NCBI GenBank assembly: GCA_965277285.1
Contig: OZ255721.1
Location: 3,232,001-3,296,000, forward strand
Reading direction: 5' to 3'
DNA: 64,000 nucleotides
Source of the DNA: Abditibacteriaceae bacterium
GTDB lineage: Bacteria > Armatimonadota > Abditibacteriia > Abditibacteriales > Abditibacteriaceae
Positions 48,905-58,848 of the stretch are shown here, piece after piece; position 1 is the stretch's first letter, and every line of letters begins with the position of its first letter. Below the pieces are notes generated by a model. That model did no database searches. It saw only the letters and a program-made list of their open reading frames with translations, and was not told where the DNA came from. A program made the position numbers and the translations under genes.

Positions 48905-50182
48905 ATGAAAACTTACCATACTATTTTACTCGGTAGCGCTCTCAGTTTTACGACCTTGCTGTCCGTGCACGCCGCGCCAAAACCGTCCGCGCCGCCGCAA
49001 GTTCAAGCAAAGAAAGTTGCGGCGAAAAAAGCGGTTGCGTCGAAGAAAGTCGTTGCTGCTGCGGCGCCCAAAGCGAATGGCGTTCGTTTTGGCTCGGTGC
49101 AAATCGCTGGAGTTTCGGTCAAGGGCTTGACGCCCGAAGAAGCCAAGCGTCGTCTGGCGCGCGTCTTGAAACCGAAATTGCAAACGCGCCTTAAATTGAC
49201 GGACGGCAAGCACGCGGCGTATCGCACACGCGGTCAAATCGGCATCGCGCTCGACTTGGAAACGATGTTGCAAGTGGCGGAAATGGGGCGCGGCAGTGTT
49301 CCTTTGAAGTTTCGCGCCACGCCGATTGTGGTGCAGAAAGCGTTGCGTCCGCTATCGAAAACCTTCGATTTCGCAGGGCGCGATGCTAAAATTGTCGAAG
49401 TCGGAAGCCGCATCAAAATCGTGCCTGACCAGGCGGCGCGCCATCTCGATGTCGGAACGTCGGCGGTTCGCATTGCGCAACAAATCAAGAAGAATCCGGG
49501 CGTTCGAGTACTCGAATTGGTCAGCAAAACTACGCCGCGTAAGATAACAGCCGCGCATTTCAAAGGCATTGATGCGCGCATTGGCAGTTTTACGACGAAC
49601 TACAACGCTGCTAAAGTCAAGCGCACTTTGAATATGCGCATCGCCATTAAAGCGATTGACGGCACGATTTTGAAGCCGAACGAAACCTTTTCGCTCAACA
49701 AAGCCGTCGGCGAACGAACGCAGGCGCGCGGTTATCGCACTTCGATTATTTTTCAGAACGGTTACAAAGTTCCTGGCGTTGGCGCGGGCGTTTCACAAGT
49801 CACGGGAACGTTGTTTAACGCCGCGTTGTTGGCTGGTTTGCCGATTGAAGAAGTCAAATTCCACTCGCGTCCCGTTGCTTATTTGCCAATTGGCCGCGAT
49901 GCCACAGTCGCGTGGGGCGGCTTCGATATGAAGTTCAAGAACAACACGTCGGCGCCGATTTACATCAAATACAGCATCAGCAATAGTTCGGTGAGTGTCG
50001 CGCTATTTGGCAAGAAAACGCCCGGACAAACCGTTTCTCTGATCGTTCACAAACAACAAAAAGGCCCGCGACTGATTACGGCGCAACTGTATCGCACGAT
50101 TCGGCGCAACGGCAAAGTCGTCAACAAGCAACTGATCCGCAATCACACCTACAAATGGAACGTCGGCGCCTGGGAAGAATGA
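48905..50182 (+). CDS. Exported VanW/YoaR-like protein
   Basis: Signal peptide; FTTNY, ILKPNETFSLNKAVG, GAGVSQVTGTLFNAALLAGL, HSRPVAYLPIGRDATV. Confidence 0.88.
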   Translation: MKTYHTILLGSALSFTTLLSVHAAPKPSAPPQVQAKKVAAKKAVASKKVVAAAAPKANGVRFGSVQIAGVSVKGLTPEEAKRRLARVLKPKLQTRLKLTDGKHAAYRTRGQIGIALDLETMLQVAEMGRGSVPLKFRATPIVVQKALRPLSKTFDFAGRDAKIVEVGSRIKIVPDQAARHLDVGTSAVRIAQQIKKNPGVRVLELVSKTTPRKITAAHFKGIDARIGSFTTNYNAAKVKRTLNMRIAIKAIDGTILKPNETFSLNKAVGERTQARGYRTSIIFQNGYKVPGVGAGVSQVTGTLFNAALLAGLPIEEVKFHSRPVAYLPIGRDATVAWGGFDMKFKNNTSAPIYIKYSISNSSVSVALFGKKTPGQTVSLIVHKQQKGPRLITAQLYRTIRRNGKVVNKQLIRNHTYKWNVGAWEE

Positions 50183-50183
50183 T

Positions 50184-50213
50184 TGTAGGGGCGCAATATA
50201 TTGCGCCCTTTAC
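50184..50213. repeat. GTAG-type REP singlet
   Basis: gtaggggcgcaatatattgcgccctttac. Confidence 0.65.
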
Positions 50214-50255
50214 CCACGTTTCTCAACAATCGAGTACTCGAAAAGGAGTTTTGTG

Positions 50256-50456
50256 ATGAACACGAACCAGCAAAAAAACGACGCCACGCCCGACGATGAT
50301 GTAACTTTTCGACACGACGAAAGTGAAGGACAACGCACGTCTTCGCGCGACGAAGACGTGGACGCGCCGCAATCGCGCCCTGAAAAAGGCATCCTTGGAC
50401 AAACCACGCCCGATGTCGCCACCGGCAGCACGCCACTCACGCGCCACGACGATTAA
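50256..50456 (+). CDS. Small acidic hypothetical protein
   Basis: AAAGGAG RBS directly after a palindrome copy; D/E/T-rich 66 aa. Confidence 0.55.
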   Translation: MNTNQQKNDATPDDDVTFRHDESEGQRTSSRDEDVDAPQSRPEKGILGQTTPDVATGSTPLTRHDD

Positions 50457-50563
50457 CAGCCAATGATGAATGCGGAATGATGAATGATGAATAAGTCGAA
50501 CTGACAACTTCGTCATTGGGAGAGGCTATAAGTAAAGTGAAAGAAGAGCCGCCAAACTAACAA

Positions 50564-50644
50564 TTTGTCATTCTGAGCGCAGCGAAGAATCCCCTGACTC
50601 TATGCTGAACCTCTGGGGATTCTTCGCTGCACTCAGAATGACAA
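50564..50644. repeat. TGTCATTCTGAG-family inverted repeat, copy 5
   Basis: ttgtcattctgagcgcagcgaagaatcccc...ggggattcttcgctgcactcagaatgacaa. Confidence 0.88.
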
Positions 50645-50767
50645 GCTTCCCCTTTTTAAGCGTTTTTGGGACTTTGTTTGCACACTCTCCCAATGATAAA
50701 TTGTTACTTTCGAGTACTCGATATTCATCATTCCGTATCCATCCTTTGCTTTCTTCTCTTGTAATTC

Positions 50768-50784
50768 GTAACGAAATGAGTTAC
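50768..50784. promoter_or_regulatory. Putative Rrf2 operator GTAAC-N7-GTTAC (site 1)
   Basis: GTAACgaaatgaGTTAC upstream of the Rrf2 gene; same dyad at 51345-51361. Confidence 0.6.
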
Positions 50785-50807
50785 ATTTAAGTCGTGAGGT
50801 TGAGATT

Positions 50808-51260
50808 GTGGCTTTGAATTGTCATTTTGCGTTTGCGGTTCATGTGTTGAGCGTGTTGTCGTTGCACGCGGACGAGGCGACTTCGTCGGAAACTTTGGCG
50901 GCTTCGGTCAACACCAACGCGGTCGTCATTCGCCGCTTGCTGACAGAATTGTCCAAAGCCGGAATTATTGAGACGCAGCGCGGGCCAGGCGGCGGCTCGA
51001 AGTTGGCGCGACCTGCAAATGAGATTTCTCTGTTGCAAATTCATCGCGCGGTGGAAGGCGATGTGCATTCGTTTGGCGAACATCCGAACCAACCGGCGCA
51101 ATGTTGTCCCGTCGGGCACGAAATCGAGCGCGTCCTGGAAGACGTCCGCGCGCGTGCCAGCAAAGCCGTCGAAAACGAGTACTCGAAACTTAGCCTGGCC
51201 GATGTTGTCAAAGCCGTGAACTCACCGAAAAAAGCCAGCCTCACCGAATCACGCGCGTAA
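50808..51260 (+). CDS. Rrf2-family regulator (YwnA/HypR-like)
   Basis: FAFAVHVL, SETLAASVNTNAVVIRR, GPGGGSKLARPANEISLLQI, CPVG. Confidence 0.9.
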   Translation: MALNCHFAFAVHVLSVLSLHADEATSSETLAASVNTNAVVIRRLLTELSKAGIIETQRGPGGGSKLARPANEISLLQIHRAVEGDVHSFGEHPNQPAQCCPVGHEIERVLEDVRARASKAVENEYSKLSLADVVKAVNSPKKASLTESRA

Positions 51261-51344
51261 GAAAGCAGGCCCATTGGGAGTTTTGTCAAAGCCCGCTTGC
51301 TTATGCGCGCGGTTCTGTTGAATTGCGAAATTATCTGTTGATTT

Positions 51345-51361
51345 GTAACATTTCTTGTTAC
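51345..51361. promoter_or_regulatory. Putative Rrf2 operator GTAAC-N7-GTTAC (site 2)
   Basis: GTAACatttcttGTTAC immediately before the AAGGAG RBS of the alkene reductase gene. Confidence 0.6.
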
Positions 51362-51375
51362 GAAAAGGAGAAACG

Positions 51376-52491
51376 ATGAATCGATTGTTTGAGCCGTTGA
51401 AAGCGGGCGCTTTGGAGTTGTCGAATCGTGTTTTGATGGCGCCTTTGACGCGTTGCCGTGCGGTGGAAGCTCGCGTGCCGAACGACCTTATGCGCGAGTA
51501 TTACGTGCAACGCGCGAGTGCCGGTCTGGTTTTCACCGAAGCGACGGCGGTTACGCCGAAGGGCGTCGGTTATCCCGATACGGCGGGCATTTGGTCGCAG
51601 GAACAAGTCGCGGGTTGGAAGAAAATCACCGATGCGGTTCATGCGGTCGGCGGCAAAATCGTCTTGCAATTGTGGCACGTCGGGCGCATTTCCGATCCGA
51701 CTTATCTCGACGGTGAACTTCCTGTTGCGCCGAGCGCGATTGCCGCCAAAGGTCATGTTTCGCTGGTGCGACCTTTGAAAGATTATGTGGCGCCGCGCGC
51801 TTTGGAAACCAGCGAAATCGCGGGCGTGGTTGAAGAGTTTCGTCAGGGCGCGATCAATGCGAAGGAAGCCGGTTTCGATGGCGTGGAAGTTCATGGCGCC
51901 AATGGTTATTTGCCCGATCAGTTTTTGCAGAGCGGCACCAATCATCGCACCGATGAGTACGGCGGCTCGCTGGAAAATCGCGCGCGTTTTCTGCTGGAAA
52001 TCGTTGATGCTGCGACGGAGGTTTGGGGCGCGGATCGCGTCGGCGTGCATTTGTCGCCGCGCGGCGATGCGCACGATATGAGCGATGAAAATCCCGCCGA
52101 AACTTTTGGCTATGTCGCGCAACAATTGGGAAATCGCGGACTGGCGTTTTTGTGCGTGCGCGAAAGCGTCGAAGGCGATGTGCGCTACGGCGTGGAAATG
52201 AAGCGCGCCTTTCAGAACGCGGGCGGCGGCGCTTACTTTGCGAACCAGGGTTTCACGCAGGAAAGCGCCGAACGAGTACTCGAAAACGGCGAAGCCGATG
52301 CCGTCGCGTGGGGACAATTGTTCATCGCCAATCCCGATTTGCCGCGTCGCTTTGAACTGAATGCGCCGCTGAACACGCCCGATCCGGGCACGTTTTACGG
52401 CCAGGGCGCGCACGGCTACACCGATTATCCGGCGCTATCGGACGATCAGGTCGAATCGCTCAGCGAAGAACGCGAAACTGTAAACGCGTAA
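51376..52491 (+). CDS. nemA: Old Yellow Enzyme / NemA-like alkene reductase
   Basis: MAPLTR, YYVQRASAGL, QLWHVGR, GFDGVEVHGANGYL, NHRTDEYGGS, FIANPDL, GYTDYP. Confidence 0.9.
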   Translation: MNRLFEPLKAGALELSNRVLMAPLTRCRAVEARVPNDLMREYYVQRASAGLVFTEATAVTPKGVGYPDTAGIWSQEQVAGWKKITDAVHAVGGKIVLQLWHVGRISDPTYLDGELPVAPSAIAAKGHVSLVRPLKDYVAPRALETSEIAGVVEEFRQGAINAKEAGFDGVEVHGANGYLPDQFLQSGTNHRTDEYGGSLENRARFLLEIVDAATEVWGADRVGVHLSPRGDAHDMSDENPAETFGYVAQQLGNRGLAFLCVRESVEGDVRYGVEMKRAFQNAGGGAYFANQGFTQESAERVLENGEADAVAWGQLFIANPDLPRRFELNAPLNTPDPGTFYGQGAHGYTDYPALSDDQVESLSEERETVNA

Positions 52492-52510
52492 TTGTGGTTC
52501 CGGCTTTTAG

Positions 52511-52574
52511 CGAACCCGAAGCGTCAGCGAGGGAGATTTTACAGTTTTCTCCCTCGCTGACGCTTCGGGTTCGT
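52511..52574. repeat. CGAACCCGAAGCGTCAGCGAGGGAG-family inverted repeat, copy 2
   Basis: cgaacccgaagcgtcagcgagggaga...tctccctcgctgacgcttcgggttcg. Confidence 0.82.
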
Positions 52575-52662
52575 TTTGCCGCCGAAGATATTCATCTTAT
52601 AAATAGAACAATCGTTCAGTAAGGAAACACAAAAAGCGTCGTCGTTCGGATAAACTGGCGTT

Positions 52663-55434
52663 ATGCCTGAAGAATCCAAATCGACACCGATGATGCGGCA
52701 ATGGGAGCGCATCAAAGCCCAATATCCCGACACGATTTTGATGTTCCGCATGGGCGACTTTTACGAATGTTTCGGCGAAGACGCGCAAATTGTGGCGCGC
52801 GAATGCGAAATTACGCTGACTTCACGCGATAAATCGACTAATGCAACACAAATGTGCGGTGTGCCGTATCACGCGGCGGAGCGTTACATCGCGCAAATGG
52901 TCGGCAAGGGCTATCGTTGCGCGATTTGCGATCAGGTCGAAGACCCCAAGCTGGCGCGTGGATTAGTTAAGCGCGAAGTGACGCGCGTTTTGTCACCCGG
53001 GACTTTGCTCGAAGATTCGTATCTCAACAGCGTCGGCGCGAGCAAAGCGAATAACTTTTTGGCTGCTATAAGCTGCGACAAAACCATGACGCATTTCGGC
53101 CTGGCTTTAGTCGATGTCTCGACCGGCGAGTTTTTAGCGGGCGAAGTCAGTGGTCAATTGTCGGTGAATAGTGGTCAGAAAGAGGCTGAATCGCCATGCG
53201 CGCCCGCTGAATCGTCAACTGTTGAGCCGCAATCGTCAATTGACCAAACGCCCGATAATGCGCAGGAATCGAGTACTCGATGGGCGGCTTTGCGCGAAGA
53301 ATTGCTGCGTTTCGCTCCCGCGGAAATTCTTGTGCCGCAACAATTGCGCGAGTGCGCGGCGTTCTGGCAAATGCTGCAAAATTACGATTTGCGCGCCACG
53401 CCGTTCGATGCGCAAGGCTTTGATTCCTCTCGCCAAAAGTTGCTCAATCACTTTCATACATCGAGTTTGCGCGGCTTTGGAATCGAAGAACTGCCGCACG
53501 CGCAAGACGCCGCGGCGCTGGTTCTCGATTATCTGCGCTCGACGCATTTGGGAGCGCTCGGGCATTTGCGACGCATCAGCGTTCTCAGCCAAAACGAATG
53601 GATGTTGCTTGATAACGCGACGCGGCGCAACCTTGAACTCGTGCAAAGTTTGCGCGATGGCAGCGCGCGCGGAACGCTCTTCGCCTTGCTCGATGAAACG
53701 CGAACTGGCGCCGGCGCAAGGTTGTTGAAAAAGTGGATTTTGCAGCCGTTGCTTTCAAAAAGTCGCATTGAAAATCGTCAGGACGCGGTTTCGGAATTAT
53801 TGAACGATACGCTGTTGCGCGGCGATGTGCGCGATTTGCTCAAAGGCATCGGCGACATCGAACGTTTGGTGGCGCGCGCTGTGGCTGGTCAGGGAAACGC
53901 GCGCGATCTTGTCGCTTTAAGAAACGCGCTGCAAACGCTTCCGGCGTTGCAAACCGCTTTATCGAGTACTCGATCTCGCGCAATTGAAACCGTCAAAACG
54001 CATTTGAATCCCGCACCAGAACTCGCGCGATTATTAGCCAACGCGATTGCCGATGAACCTCCAGCGACGCTCAACGACGGCGGTTTAATCCGCGACGGCT
54101 ACGACGAAGAACTGGAAACGACGCGGCGAGAAGCGCGCGAAGGTCGCGTTTGGGTCGCGCAATTGGAAGAAAGCGAACGTTTGCGAACCGGCATCAAAAA
54201 CCTGAAAGTCGGGTTCAATAACGTTTTTGGCTATTACATCGAAATCTCGAAAGTCAATCAGTCGCAAGTTCCGCCCGAATATGTGCGCAAGCAAACCACC
54301 GCCAACGCCGAACGTTACATTACCGAAGAACTGAAAGACAAAGAAAAAGTGATTTTGGGCGCGCAGGACAAAATCAACGAGCGTGAAAAAGAAATTTTCG
54401 AGGGCGTTCGCCGCGAGGTCGCAAGCCAGGCTGCGCCTTTGATGGACACGGCGCGCGCCCTTGCGTATTTGGATGTTTACGCCGGTTTCGCCGAAGTCGC
54501 CAGTCGCCGCGATTATGCGCGTCCGGTGATTTCCGAAGATCGAGTACTCGACATTCGCAGCGGTCGGCATCCGGTTGTCGAAGTCGCGTCGAAAGAACCG
54601 TTTGTGCCCAACGATTGCGTGATGGACGCCGATTCGCAGCAGGTTCTCATCATCACTGGCCCGAATGCCAGCGGCAAATCGACGTTCTTGCGCCAGGTCG
54701 CGCTGATCGGTTTGATGGCGCAAATTGGCAGTTTCGTGCCCGCCAAAAGCGCGACGATTGGTTTGCTGGATCGCATTTTTACGCGCGTCGGAGCGCAGGA
54801 CGATCTGGCGACGGGACAAAGCACTTTCACGGTGGAGATGAACGAAACCGCGAATATCCTGAACAACGCGACGCCGCAAAGCCTTGTCATTTTGGATGAA
54901 GTCGGGCGCGGAACGTCGACTTATGACGGGCTTTCAATCGCGTGGGCGGTCGCCGAATTCTTGCACGAGCGCGGGCCAAAAACGCTTTTTGCGACGCATT
55001 ATCATCATTTGAACGAACTGGAAGAACGCTTGCCACGCGCCAAGAATTATCGCATCGCGGTGAAAGAAGACGGCGATCACATCATCTTTTTGCGGCGCAT
55101 CATTCGCGGCGGGACGGACAGAAGTTTCGGAATTCAAGTCGCGCGCCTGGCTGGACTTCCCGAAAGCGTCATCACGCGCGCCAAAGAATTGCTGGAAAGT
55201 TTCTCGCGCGAAAAACTGCGCGGCCTGGAAGTTCAACCGAACGCGTTGCCAACCGCGCGTCCATTGAGCGATCATACATCGCTGTTTGAAAACCACCAAA
55301 ACGGCGATTCGAGTACTCGAACTGTTGTTCATCCGGTCGTCGAAGAATTAAAAACATTGGATGTCGATAATTTGACGCCGATGGAAGCGATTTTGAAGTT
55401 GCAAGATTTGCGCAAACAAGCGATCAGCGATTGA
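52663..55434 (+). CDS. mutS: DNA mismatch repair protein MutS
   Basis: TPMMRQW, FRMGDFYECF, GVPYH, ITGPNASGKST, DRIFTRVGA, STFTVEM, DEVGRGTST, FATHYH, SFGIQVA. Confidence 0.98.
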   Translation: MPEESKSTPMMRQWERIKAQYPDTILMFRMGDFYECFGEDAQIVARECEITLTSRDKSTNATQMCGVPYHAAERYIAQMVGKGYRCAICDQVEDPKLARGLVKREVTRVLSPGTLLEDSYLNSVGASKANNFLAAISCDKTMTHFGLALVDVSTGEFLAGEVSGQLSVNSGQKEAESPCAPAESSTVEPQSSIDQTPDNAQESSTRWAALREELLRFAPAEILVPQQLRECAAFWQMLQNYDLRATPFDAQGFDSSRQKLLNHFHTSSLRGFGIEELPHAQDAAALVLDYLRSTHLGALGHLRRISVLSQNEWMLLDNATRRNLELVQSLRDGSARGTLFALLDETRTGAGARLLKKWILQPLLSKSRIENRQDAVSELLNDTLLRGDVRDLLKGIGDIERLVARAVAGQGNARDLVALRNALQTLPALQTALSSTRSRAIETVKTHLNPAPELARLLANAIADEPPATLNDGGLIRDGYDEELETTRREAREGRVWVAQLEESERLRTGIKNLKVGFNNVFGYYIEISKVNQSQVPPEYVRKQTTANAERYITEELKDKEKVILGAQDKINEREKEIFEGVRREVASQAAPLMDTARALAYLDVYAGFAEVASRRDYARPVISEDRVLDIRSGRHPVVEVASKEPFVPNDCVMDADSQQVLIITGPNASGKSTFLRQVALIGLMAQIGSFVPAKSATIGLLDRIFTRVGAQDDLATGQSTFTVEMNETANILNNATPQSLVILDEVGRGTSTYDGLSIAWAVAEFLHERGPKTLFATHYHHLNELEERLPRAKNYRIAVKEDGDHIIFLRRIIRGGTDRSFGIQVARLAGLPESVITRAKELLESFSREKLRGLEVQPNALPTARPLSDHTSLFENHQNGDSSTRTVVHPVVEELKTLDVDNLTPMEAILKLQDLRKQAISD

Positions 55435-55930
55435 ACGACGTGACGTTTTGTGTTTGATATTCTTTGTACAATTCTGCGAAGTCCGTGTTCGGAATCCATT
55501 TGAACTCAAGGTGCTGGAGTTCGCTAAAGGCGACGAATAAATCGCCCAAACGATTGATAGAGGCTGGTTCGGCCTTTAAGGAAAAGCGGCAAACGCCTTC
55601 ATTCGGCTCGCTTTGGTTTTGATTGATCTCAACTTGCAAAGCGCAGCTTCCACAAGAGCCGACCGCATAAAAGCGTATGATGAAATTGCGATAGAAATTT
55701 GAGTCCGGATCGCTCGAACCATATTCATATTTGTATTCGTCGCCTACAACTTTTGGAAAAGTTTGCAGGACGCGTCCAATATCAGCCAAATCGCTGACAT
55801 TGCAGTAGATGTCGGTGCTTCCACTGAAAGCGCCGTTTGAAACCACAATTTCCAATTGCGTGTGATGTGGTTCCTCATATGGAACGCGTCGAACTATCAG
55901 ATAGGAATCATTCATTACGAGAATATACAA
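55424..55930 (-). CDS. Hypothetical protein, AT-richer
   Basis: 168-aa ORF convergent with and overlapping the mutS end; start uncertain. Confidence 0.6.
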   Translation of the reverse strand: MYILVMNDSYLIVRRVPYEEPHHTQLEIVVSNGAFSGSTDIYCNVSDLADIGRVLQTFPKVVGDEYKYEYGSSDPDSNFYRNFIIRFYAVGSCGSCALQVEINQNQSEPNEGVCRFSLKAEPASINRLGDLFVAFSELQHLEFKWIPNTDFAELYKEYQTQNVTSFNR

Positions 55931-56025
55931 CAGGCGAGCACCCGCAAAGGTTTTGTCACAGCCTCGTTTGTTCGTCCTCGCTGCTTGCCGCTGTCAAGTG
56001 CCGCCTGATTTGCTATCCTTTTCGC

Positions 56026-56268
56026 GTGCCTCTTCTCATTGGAATCGTTTTGTTGGCGCTGGGGATTTCTCTGGCGGTCGCGGTCTGGTCGTCCGCCTTT
56101 GTCGCGGCACTGGAAGTTTTCGCGGTTATCGCGTTGCTTTCCGTCGGCTTGATCTTTTTCCTGGTCGGATATTCGGCGACCAAAGCGGCGCGCAGTTGCG
56201 CCGAAGCGATGGACGAAGAAGATGACAAAGCGAAAAACGATTTGCAATCGGCGTCAGTGGAATCGTAA
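56026..56268 (+). CDS. Small 2-TM hypothetical protein
   Basis: GTG start, two hydrophobic helices, acidic tail; followed by a hairpin. Confidence 0.55.
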   Translation: MPLLIGIVLLALGISLAVAVWSSAFVAALEVFAVIALLSVGLIFFLVGYSATKAARSCAEAMDEEDDKAKNDLQSASVES

Positions 56269-56285
56269 AGACGTTATGAAAACGA

Positions 56286-56316
56286 AAAAGCCGGAGCAAT
56301 TACGCTCCGGCTTTTT
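56286..56316. terminator. Rho-independent terminator
   Basis: aaaagccggagc-aattac-gctccggcttttt. Confidence 0.7.
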
Positions 56317-56394
56317 GGCGTTCTCTCATAAAGTGAACGTCTGTTATTGCGGAAGGACGTTCGCTTTCTGGCGTTTCGAGTACTCGAAACGTTG

Positions 56395-57393
56395 TTAGCT
56401 CATCTTCTCGACATCAATACGAACGTTCGCCGCGCCGAATAACTGCGTCGTGGATTTTTGACCGTTGACAACCGCGCTGGCGCTACCACCGTAGCGTTGC
56501 GCGATGTTAGCCGAGCGCGTGAAGCCGGTCACTTCATCTAAAATCGTGGTGCCGGAATAAGTTCCCGTAAGCGCCATTTGCACTGCTGCGGGGCCAAGAG
56601 AAACAGTTTTCTGCGCGTCACCGATAGATAATGTGCCGCTTTCGCCGATGGAAATCAGGCCATTGGCGCGACCTTGCAACGTGCGCTTTAGATTGATGAC
56701 GAAAGGCAATTGTCCGTTCGTTTCGACGCGCTGCGTCCACGAAGAGCCGATGCGAGTCGGGTTTTCGGGATACATCATGCCCGATTGTTGTATTAGGCTC
56801 TTGATGAAATTATCGCCGAACATTTTTTTCATGCCGTCCTGCATTTGCTGCCTCATCTGCGACGTCATGCCGGGCGATTTCGTGCCGGTGAACGCTTTCT
56901 GCCAGATGTTGTCCAAGCCTCGCACATCGGAAACCTGGCCTGCAGGCGAAATTTTCATCTCGATTTTCTGGCCGACCAAAGCCTGCCCCGCCATGGTCGC
57001 CGCCGCCGGCATTGCCTGCGTTTTGCCGTTCATCTTGATCGTGCCCGTGCTGTTTATGTCGCCATACGTCATGCGAATTTGCGTCGTGCCATCGGGATTG
57101 TTCCACAAAACGGCGTAATCCAAAACGTTGGTACTGGTGCTGGAAATCTCCATCTTTTGCGACGGACGACCGCTTATCATCGGCGTGAGAACCACCATTT
57201 TCGTCTGCGAAGTTTGCGTCATCTGATAGCGACTGCCAGGCTTCAAGTGCAAGCGCAGCGTCACGTATTCCGCCGACGCTTTGCCCATACTCACGACCGC
57301 ATTGTCATCGTTGGTCGGTTGCGCGCTGACAACGTGACCAATTCCAAAACACGCGCTCAGCGCGATGGCGCTCACGACATTTTTTCGTTTCAT
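56395..57393 (-). CDS. Exported beta-rich hypothetical protein (DUF6263-like)
   Basis: AAAGGAG RBS, signal peptide MKRKNVVSAIAL, LRLHLKPGSRY, YPENPTRIGSSWT. Confidence 0.65.
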   Translation of the reverse strand: MKRKNVVSAIALSACFGIGHVVSAQPTNDDNAVVSMGKASAEYVTLRLHLKPGSRYQMTQTSQTKMVVLTPMISGRPSQKMEISSTSTNVLDYAVLWNNPDGTTQIRMTYGDINSTGTIKMNGKTQAMPAAATMAGQALVGQKIEMKISPAGQVSDVRGLDNIWQKAFTGTKSPGMTSQMRQQMQDGMKKMFGDNFIKSLIQQSGMMYPENPTRIGSSWTQRVETNGQLPFVINLKRTLQGRANGLISIGESGTLSIGDAQKTVSLGPAAVQMALTGTYSGTTILDEVTGFTRSANIAQRYGGSASAVVNGQKSTTQLFGAANVRIDVEKMS

Positions 57394-57431
57394 AATTTCT
57401 CCTTTTCGAGTACCCGATATTGTAACGTATT

Positions 57432-58376
57432 TCACTCCGTCTTTTGTTGACGTTTCGCCGTCTGACCTTTCCAGAACCAGCGGCCTAAAATGAAGGTAAT
57501 CAAAAAGACAATCGGACCTTGCGCCCAGTAGGCAGTAACGCCCAGCGCCGTTAAAAGTCGGAAACCAATGGGGATGATCACAAAGCCGCAAACGGCTCCC
57601 CAACCTGTCCAAGCCAGTGTCACCGATTTTGTCTTGCGCGATGGTTCAAACACGAGCAAGACGAGCAGAAAGGTGACAAGCAACAATGCGACAACCCCTA
57701 ACCAAATTAATGCGAGATATGCCGCCGGTTGATGAAGCATGGTAGCTGAGGAAAACGTCAGCGGCATTAAAGCATAAAGTCCCATGGCGACTTGAGCCAA
57801 TGCAAATCGAACTCGACTAATTACACTTTTTCCTTGCATCTGCGCGTGATGCCAATCCTTCCAAGCCAGCGTGAACGAAACGACAAGAGCCAGCCCGCAC
57901 AAGAAAAACATTGCAATAGCGAGCATCTGATCCAAAGCGAAGTTCTTGTGCAACAAGGTATCTTTGACCAGCGACACCAAAGACGGCGAAACGATCAATG
58001 GAAACAGCCAAACAATGCGCTTTGCAAATGTTGTTTTCTGCCAGTCGTCTTGCATTGTTACTGTGGCCTGACGAACTTTTTCGATACGTTCAAGCAACGA
58101 CAATCCACCCAAATCCCACTCGCGGTTTTCCCACTCCAAGGCCAGCAAACGCCCGATTTCCTTTGGGTCGCCGAACTGCTGCAAGGCGCTTTCGAGTACT
58201 CGATTCGGCTCGCGCTTCATCGCAATCAGCGATTGCAAATGCGCGCCAATCTCCTGACGAATTTCGCCCTGCGTGTCTTGCGGCAAATCGTGGAGCGGCG
58301 CGCACAACGTATTCAGATAACTTTCGATTGTTGCATTTTCGCTGATGTCAGCTTTCTGTACTTGAGAATCCATCAT
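57432..58376 (-). CDS. Membrane protein with N-terminal HAAS/permease-prefix domain (PadR partner)
   Basis: IESYLNTL..EIRQEIGAHL..ALQQFGDPKEIG followed by about 6 TMs. Confidence 0.8.
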   Translation of the reverse strand: MMDSQVQKADISENATIESYLNTLCAPLHDLPQDTQGEIRQEIGAHLQSLIAMKREPNRVLESALQQFGDPKEIGRLLALEWENREWDLGGLSLLERIEKVRQATVTMQDDWQKTTFAKRIVWLFPLIVSPSLVSLVKDTLLHKNFALDQMLAIAMFFLCGLALVVSFTLAWKDWHHAQMQGKSVISRVRFALAQVAMGLYALMPLTFSSATMLHQPAAYLALIWLGVVALLLVTFLLVLLVFEPSRKTKSVTLAWTGWGAVCGFVIIPIGFRLLTALGVTAYWAQGPIVFLITFILGRWFWKGQTAKRQQKTE

Positions 58377-58695
58377 TGCCTCCTAAAACACGGCTCATCG
58401 CCGTATTCAATTTCTGCCACGCCTGCGCGCGCTGCTCCAAATCTTTTTTACCTTTGGGCGTCAGCGTGTAAATCTTGCGCGCCGGGCCGCTCGCTTGAAT
58501 CTCCCAGTTGCCCGCAACCAATTCGTCGTTTTCAAGCGCGCGCAAAGCCGGATACAGAATTCCTTCCTGGCACGTCAAAACGCTGTCGCTGCGCCGCTCG
58601 ATTTCGCGCGCAATCGCATAACCATGCAACGGCCCAACTTTCAACACCGCCAAAATCAACGTGTGCATGCTGCTCTTTGTTAATTCACGTCCCAC
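58348..58695 (-). CDS. PadR-family regulator
   Basis: LILAVLKVGPLHGYAI, EGILYPALRALE, RKIYTLTPKG. Confidence 0.93.
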   Translation of the reverse strand: MGRELTKSSMHTLILAVLKVGPLHGYAIAREIERRSDSVLTCQEGILYPALRALENDELVAGNWEIQASGPARKIYTLTPKGKKDLEQRAQAWQKLNTAMSRVLGGNDGFSSTES

Positions 58696-58848
58696 AACTC
58701 ACCTCCAAATCATCGATACATATATTATATAGGTAATAAATCGAATGTCAAGAGAGTTGGGAAATTGTTTTGAAAAGCTCCGCGTTCTCTTTCCGAATGG
58801 TGTTCTAAGTAGGTGTAGAGAAAGTACGCGAAACGCCTTGAAACTCGC

